Source: Longimicrobiales bacterium (GTDB lineage: Bacteria > Gemmatimonadota > Gemmatimonadetes > Longimicrobiales > Gaopeijiaceae). Taken from it: DNA of 60,294 bases. The stretch is taken from the NCBI GenBank assembly GCA_964201975.1, contig CAXNGW010000001.1:1-60294 (forward strand). Reading direction: 5' to 3'. Below are positions 54,936 through 60,294 of this stretch, piece after piece; the first letter of the stretch is position 1; each line of letters begins with the position of its first letter. A model generated the notes under the pieces. It ran no database searches. It was given only the letters and a program-made list of their open reading frames with translations, and was not told the origin of the DNA. The position numbers were made by a program, and so were the translations under genes.

Positions 54936-56117
54936 TTGAGTCAGATCTCGGCCTCCCATCCCGCCGACGAGTCCCACCACGACATCATCTATCCCGCGGC
55001 CGTCCCGTTCGTGATCGTCCATCTGGCCTGCTTCGCGGCCATCTGGACCGGGGTGACGGTCCAGGCGCTGGTGATCTGCATGGTTCTCTATTGGGTGCGG
55101 ATGGTGGCCGTGACCGGTGGCTATCACCGGTATTTCTCGCACCGAACCTACAAGACGAGCCGAGCCGGCCAGTTCGTGATCGCCGTCCTCGCCCAGTCGT
55201 CCGCACAGCGGGGCGCGGTCTGGTGGGCTGCGGTCCACCGCGATCACCACAAGCACTCCGACACCGAGCTCGATCCGCACTCGCCCCGGCACCACGGCTT
55301 CCTGCATTCGCACGTGGGGTGGATCTTCGCGAAGCAGAACGCTCGTCCTGACTACGAGAGCGTGGCCGACCTCACCCGCTATCCCGAATTGGTCTGGCTG
55401 AACAAGCACGAGTACTTCGTGTCCGCCCTGCTCGGCTTCGGGGTGTGGCTCTACGCCGGCTGGTCCGGGCTGGTGGTGGGCTTCCTGTGGAGCACGGTGC
55501 TGCTCTGGCACGGCACGTTCTCGATCAACTCGCTGGCGCACGTGGTCGGCAACCAGCGCTACCTGACCGGCGACGACTCCCGCAACAACTGGTGGCTCGC
55601 GATCGTCACCTGTGGGGAGGGGTGGCACAACAACCACCACGCCTACCAGAGCTCCACGCGCCAGGGCTTCCGCTGGTATCAGGTGGACATCACCTACTAC
55701 GTCCTGACGCTGTTCTCTTGGCTGGGCCTGGTGTGGGACTTGCGCGCACCCCCGGTCGAGGTGGTCACCAACCAGCAGCGTCTCGGCCGCACCGTGGTCG
55801 AAAAGGTCGCCCGCCAGCTGGCGGATACCTTCCCGGCAGAGCGGATGGCAACTCAGCTGCGGGATGCTTGGGAGCACCACCCCACGTGGCCCGAGATCCA
55901 GGCGCGGCTACAGGCCGCACGGGCGCACGCGGCGGCCCGCCTCGCGACCGTCCATCTCCCCGTACTCCCCACTTCGGAGGAGATGCGCCGTCGCGCCGCG
56001 GAGATGTTCAGCGTGCCCGAGGTGTCCCTCGACGAAGTCGCCGAGCGGGCGCGGCTGCTGCTCATCCAGTCGGTGAGCGTGCAGATCCTGGGCGAGTTGG
56101 AGGCGGTCCCCGCCTAG
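54936..56117 (+). CDS. acyl-CoA (delta-9 type) fatty-acid desaturase
   Basis: Three His boxes (HRYFSHR, HRDHHKHSD, GEGWHNNHHAY). TTG start is the first in-frame start. Confidence 0.9.
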   Translation: MSQISASHPADESHHDIIYPAAVPFVIVHLACFAAIWTGVTVQALVICMVLYWVRMVAVTGGYHRYFSHRTYKTSRAGQFVIAVLAQSSAQRGAVWWAAVHRDHHKHSDTELDPHSPRHHGFLHSHVGWIFAKQNARPDYESVADLTRYPELVWLNKHEYFVSALLGFGVWLYAGWSGLVVGFLWSTVLLWHGTFSINSLAHVVGNQRYLTGDDSRNNWWLAIVTCGEGWHNNHHAYQSSTRQGFRWYQVDITYYVLTLFSWLGLVWDLRAPPVEVVTNQQRLGRTVVEKVARQLADTFPAERMATQLRDAWEHHPTWPEIQARLQAARAHAAARLATVHLPVLPTSEEMRRRAAEMFSVPEVSLDEVAERARLLLIQSVSVQILGELEAVPA

Positions 56118-56144
56118 GCGAGCTGTTCCTTTCCATCGTCATCG

Positions 56145-56471
56145 GTGTATCTTCTGGATGAAACTCGATCTCATTCTCAGGGAACCCGAGTGACCCAAAG
56201 CACCCCCTCCGCCAATCCGTCCGACGCAGTCGAGTTGCGCCTCGCGGACATCCCGCTGCGGGAAACGGTCGTGCTGGTGCGGATCGACCTTCCCCCCGAG
56301 CTGATGGAGCCCCTCCTCGAACTCGGGGTGCTCCCGGGCTGCCTGCTCTGTCCGGTCCGTCGGTCTCCTTCCGGTGACCCCATCGTGCGGGTGGACGGCA
56401 CCCTACTCGCGATCCGTCGCGAAATGGCGGGATGCCTGTGCGTGAGGCGCGCCGGTCCCCACGCCGCCTGA
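56145..56471 (+). CDS. feoA: FeoA-family ferrous iron transport protein
   Basis: FeoA-like SH3 pattern (VVLVRIDLPPELMEPLLELGVLPGCLL...GDPIVRVDGTLLAIRREMA). Start uncertain (GTG 56145 or 56190). Confidence 0.75.
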   Translation: MYLLDETRSHSQGTRVTQSTPSANPSDAVELRLADIPLRETVVLVRIDLPPELMEPLLELGVLPGCLLCPVRRSPSGDPIVRVDGTLLAIRREMAGCLCVRRAGPHAA

Positions 56472-58420
56472 CCCCACGGCAGCCGCAGTTGGCCACTCCC
56501 TTCGATCCCAGCTGCCACACCGACGGCGGCGTCCAGCTGACCGATCCGCGGTCGCCCGCGACCCCCCTGGTCGCGCTGGTGGGGCCGCCCAACTCGGGCA
56601 AGTCCACCCTCTTCAATCAGCTCACCGGGCTCCGCCAAAAGGTCGCCAACTATCCCGGGGTGACCGTCGAGAAGCACGTCGGCGTGACGCGCCTGCCCAG
56701 CGATCGCACCATCGAGCTGGTGGACCTCCCCGGCGTGAACGGTTTCTCGGCGCGCAGCCTCGACGAGCGCGTGACGCGCGACGTGCTCGAGGGCCGGGTC
56801 GAGGGCATCCGGGCCCCCGATGCGCTCGTGCTGATCATCGATTCCACGCGGCTCGAGACCCAGCTCATGCTGGTGGAGCCGGTGCTCGAGCTCGGCATCC
56901 CGACGCTGCTCGTCCTCAACATGGCCGACGAGCTCGAGCAGCGGGGCGGGACGGTGCGCGACGAAGTCCTCGCCGAGCGGCTCGGCGTCACCGTCGTGCG
57001 CACCAACGCGCGCGTTGGCGAAGGGTTGAACGGGGTACGGCATTTCCTCGAGGTCGTCGCTGAGCGCGGCCCACTCCCCCCTCGCCCCTGCCCGGCGCTC
57101 TCCAACGTCGGTCGCGGACACCCGCTGCCGATGGTGGATGCGTTCGCCGAGCGTCGCCGCCGCATCCAGGCGCTGAGCAAGGCCGCGGGCTTCGTTCCGC
57201 CGGGCGCGTCGCGGTTGACCGAAACGCTCGACTCCATCTTCCTGCACCGCGTGTGGGGCCCCCTCATCTTCCTCGCCGTGGTCGTGCTGGTCTTCCAGTC
57301 GATCTTCACCTGGGCCGCTCCGCTCATGGACGGAGTGCAGGCGGTGGTGGCGGGGTCCGGCGCGTGGATCGTGCAGCATCTCCCCGACTCCTGGTTCCGC
57401 TCGCTACTGGTGGACGGGATCTGGTCGGGGGTGGGCTCGGTAGTCGTTTTCCTGCCCCAGATCCTGGTCCTCTTCCTCTTTCTCAGCGTGCTCGAGGACT
57501 CCGGTTACATGGCGCGAGCGGCGGTCATCGCCGACCGCACGATGTACCGGGTCGGCCTCCAGGGTCGGGCGTTTCTCCCCCTCCTCTCGGGCTACGCATG
57601 CGCCATCCCGGCCATCCTCGCCGCGCGCACCGTGGCGGACGAGCGGGACCGCCTGGCGACGATCTTCGTGACGCCATTCATGACGTGCTCGGCGCGGCTG
57701 CCGGTGTACGCCCTCCTGATCGCCGCGTTCATCCCGGAGCGTCCGGTACTCGGCCCGCTCATGGGCACCCGCGCCGCCACCCTGCTGGGCCTCTACGCGC
57801 TGGGGGCGCTGGCCGCCATCGTGACGGCCGCGGTGCTCCGCCGCTCGCTCCTGCGGGGGAGGCGCGCGACCTTTTTCATGGAGCTGCCGCCCTACCGGAT
57901 CCCGTCGCTGCGCTCGCTCGCGCTCCGCCTCTATGACCGCAGCCGCATTTTCCTCCGACGCGCCGGGACGACCATCCTGGCTGTCGCAATCGTGCTCTGG
58001 GCGCTGACCCAGATCCCACGCATCGACGGCGCGCCCCCGAGCATCGACGCGAGCCTGCTCGGGGAGCTGGGCCAGGCGATCGAGCCCGTGATCCGGCCGC
58101 TCGGCTTCGACTGGACGATCGGCGTCGGGCTGATCTCGTCGCTGGCGGCCCGCGAGGTGATCGTGGGGACGCTCGGCACCCTCTACGGGGTGGCCGACCC
58201 GACCGAGGGTTCGCTGGCCCTGCAGGACGCGCTCCGCAGCCGCCTGGACCTGGGGGCGGCCGTAGGACTGCTGATTTTCTTCGCGTTCGCGCTCCAGTGC
58301 ATGTCCACCGTGGCGGTGATGCGGAGGGAGACAGCGGGATGGAAATGGCCCGCGCTCCAGTTCGGCTACATGCTCCTGCTCGCGTACGGCGGCGCCTTCC
58401 TCGCCAACGCCCTCCTCTAG
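56432..58420 (+). CDS. feoB: ferrous iron transporter FeoB
   Basis: G-domain motifs (GPPNSGKST, DLPG, NMAD) followed by the polytopic membrane domain. Start ATG 56432 (40-nt overlap with feoA) or TTG 56489. Confidence 0.9.
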   Translation: MPVREARRSPRRLTPRQPQLATPFDPSCHTDGGVQLTDPRSPATPLVALVGPPNSGKSTLFNQLTGLRQKVANYPGVTVEKHVGVTRLPSDRTIELVDLPGVNGFSARSLDERVTRDVLEGRVEGIRAPDALVLIIDSTRLETQLMLVEPVLELGIPTLLVLNMADELEQRGGTVRDEVLAERLGVTVVRTNARVGEGLNGVRHFLEVVAERGPLPPRPCPALSNVGRGHPLPMVDAFAERRRRIQALSKAAGFVPPGASRLTETLDSIFLHRVWGPLIFLAVVVLVFQSIFTWAAPLMDGVQAVVAGSGAWIVQHLPDSWFRSLLVDGIWSGVGSVVVFLPQILVLFLFLSVLEDSGYMARAAVIADRTMYRVGLQGRAFLPLLSGYACAIPAILAARTVADERDRLATIFVTPFMTCSARLPVYALLIAAFIPERPVLGPLMGTRAATLLGLYALGALAAIVTAAVLRRSLLRGRRATFFMELPPYRIPSLRSLALRLYDRSRIFLRRAGTTILAVAIVLWALTQIPRIDGAPPSIDASLLGELGQAIEPVIRPLGFDWTIGVGLISSLAAREVIVGTLGTLYGVADPTEGSLALQDALRSRLDLGAAVGLLIFFAFALQCMSTVAVMRRETAGWKWPALQFGYMLLLAYGGAFLANALL

Positions 58421-58485
58421 ACCGCCTTCCACCCCGTCCGCCCGGGGGGTGCCCCGGAAGCCGCCGCCCGATATAGTTCAGCCCC

Positions 58486-60171
<1,686 letters not shown>

Positions 60172-60196
60172 GGGCGGTCCCGTAGGCGGAAAACGA

Positions 60197-60226
60197 CGAG
60201 GCCCCGGCCAAGCGGCCGGGGCCTCG
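60197..60226 (+). terminator. GC-rich hairpin after the 58486..60171 stop
   Basis: Perfect 13-bp stem cgaggccccggcc / ggccggggcctcg with loop aagc. No U-tract. Confidence 0.4.
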
Positions 60227-60294
60227 CGATCCAACGGGGGTGCGCCGACTCTTTGCTACTGGGCCCGCAGCTGTCCCCGGACCTCGCCTGAGGG

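Overview
High-GC (roughly 70% by eye) bacterial chromosomal segment with about 58 protein-coding genes on both strands. Genes are often joined by 4-nt start/stop overlaps (ATGA/GTGA/TTGA). I saw no rRNA, tRNA, CRISPR array, prophage or complete IS element. Content in order: a cNMP/GGDEF signalling gene, a Ku-LigD NHEJ locus, an amidohydrolase operon, a DEAD-box helicase-ilvA operon, LMW-PTP plus fructosamine kinase, an aminotransferase, a catalytically degenerate DEAD-box/DbpA protein, HU, IF-1, cyclophilin and PBP1A. Then comes a 15-kb nine-gene MoxR/vWA (Bat-like) operon that also encodes two predicted proteases, followed by EttA, a tandemly duplicated two-gene anchor+pilin-like module, an HPF-CSD fusion, an MFS transporter, TonB-ExbB-ExbD-ExbD, an acyl-CoA desaturase, FeoAB and a fused 4Fe-4S/NrfD protein. 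The repertoire suggests a Gemmatimonadota-like soil bacterium (inference only). The most striking sequence-level observation is that at least nine genes look damaged, by four in-frame TAG codons, several frameshifts and several clean internal gaps. The damaged set includes both NHEJ genes and both MltD-like transglycosylase paralogues. The best candidates for a poorly described system are the protease-bearing MoxR/vWA operon (26706..41934) and the duplicated anchor+pilin module (46749..48689). All family assignments come from motif recognition by eye, not from database searches, and start codons are best guesses.
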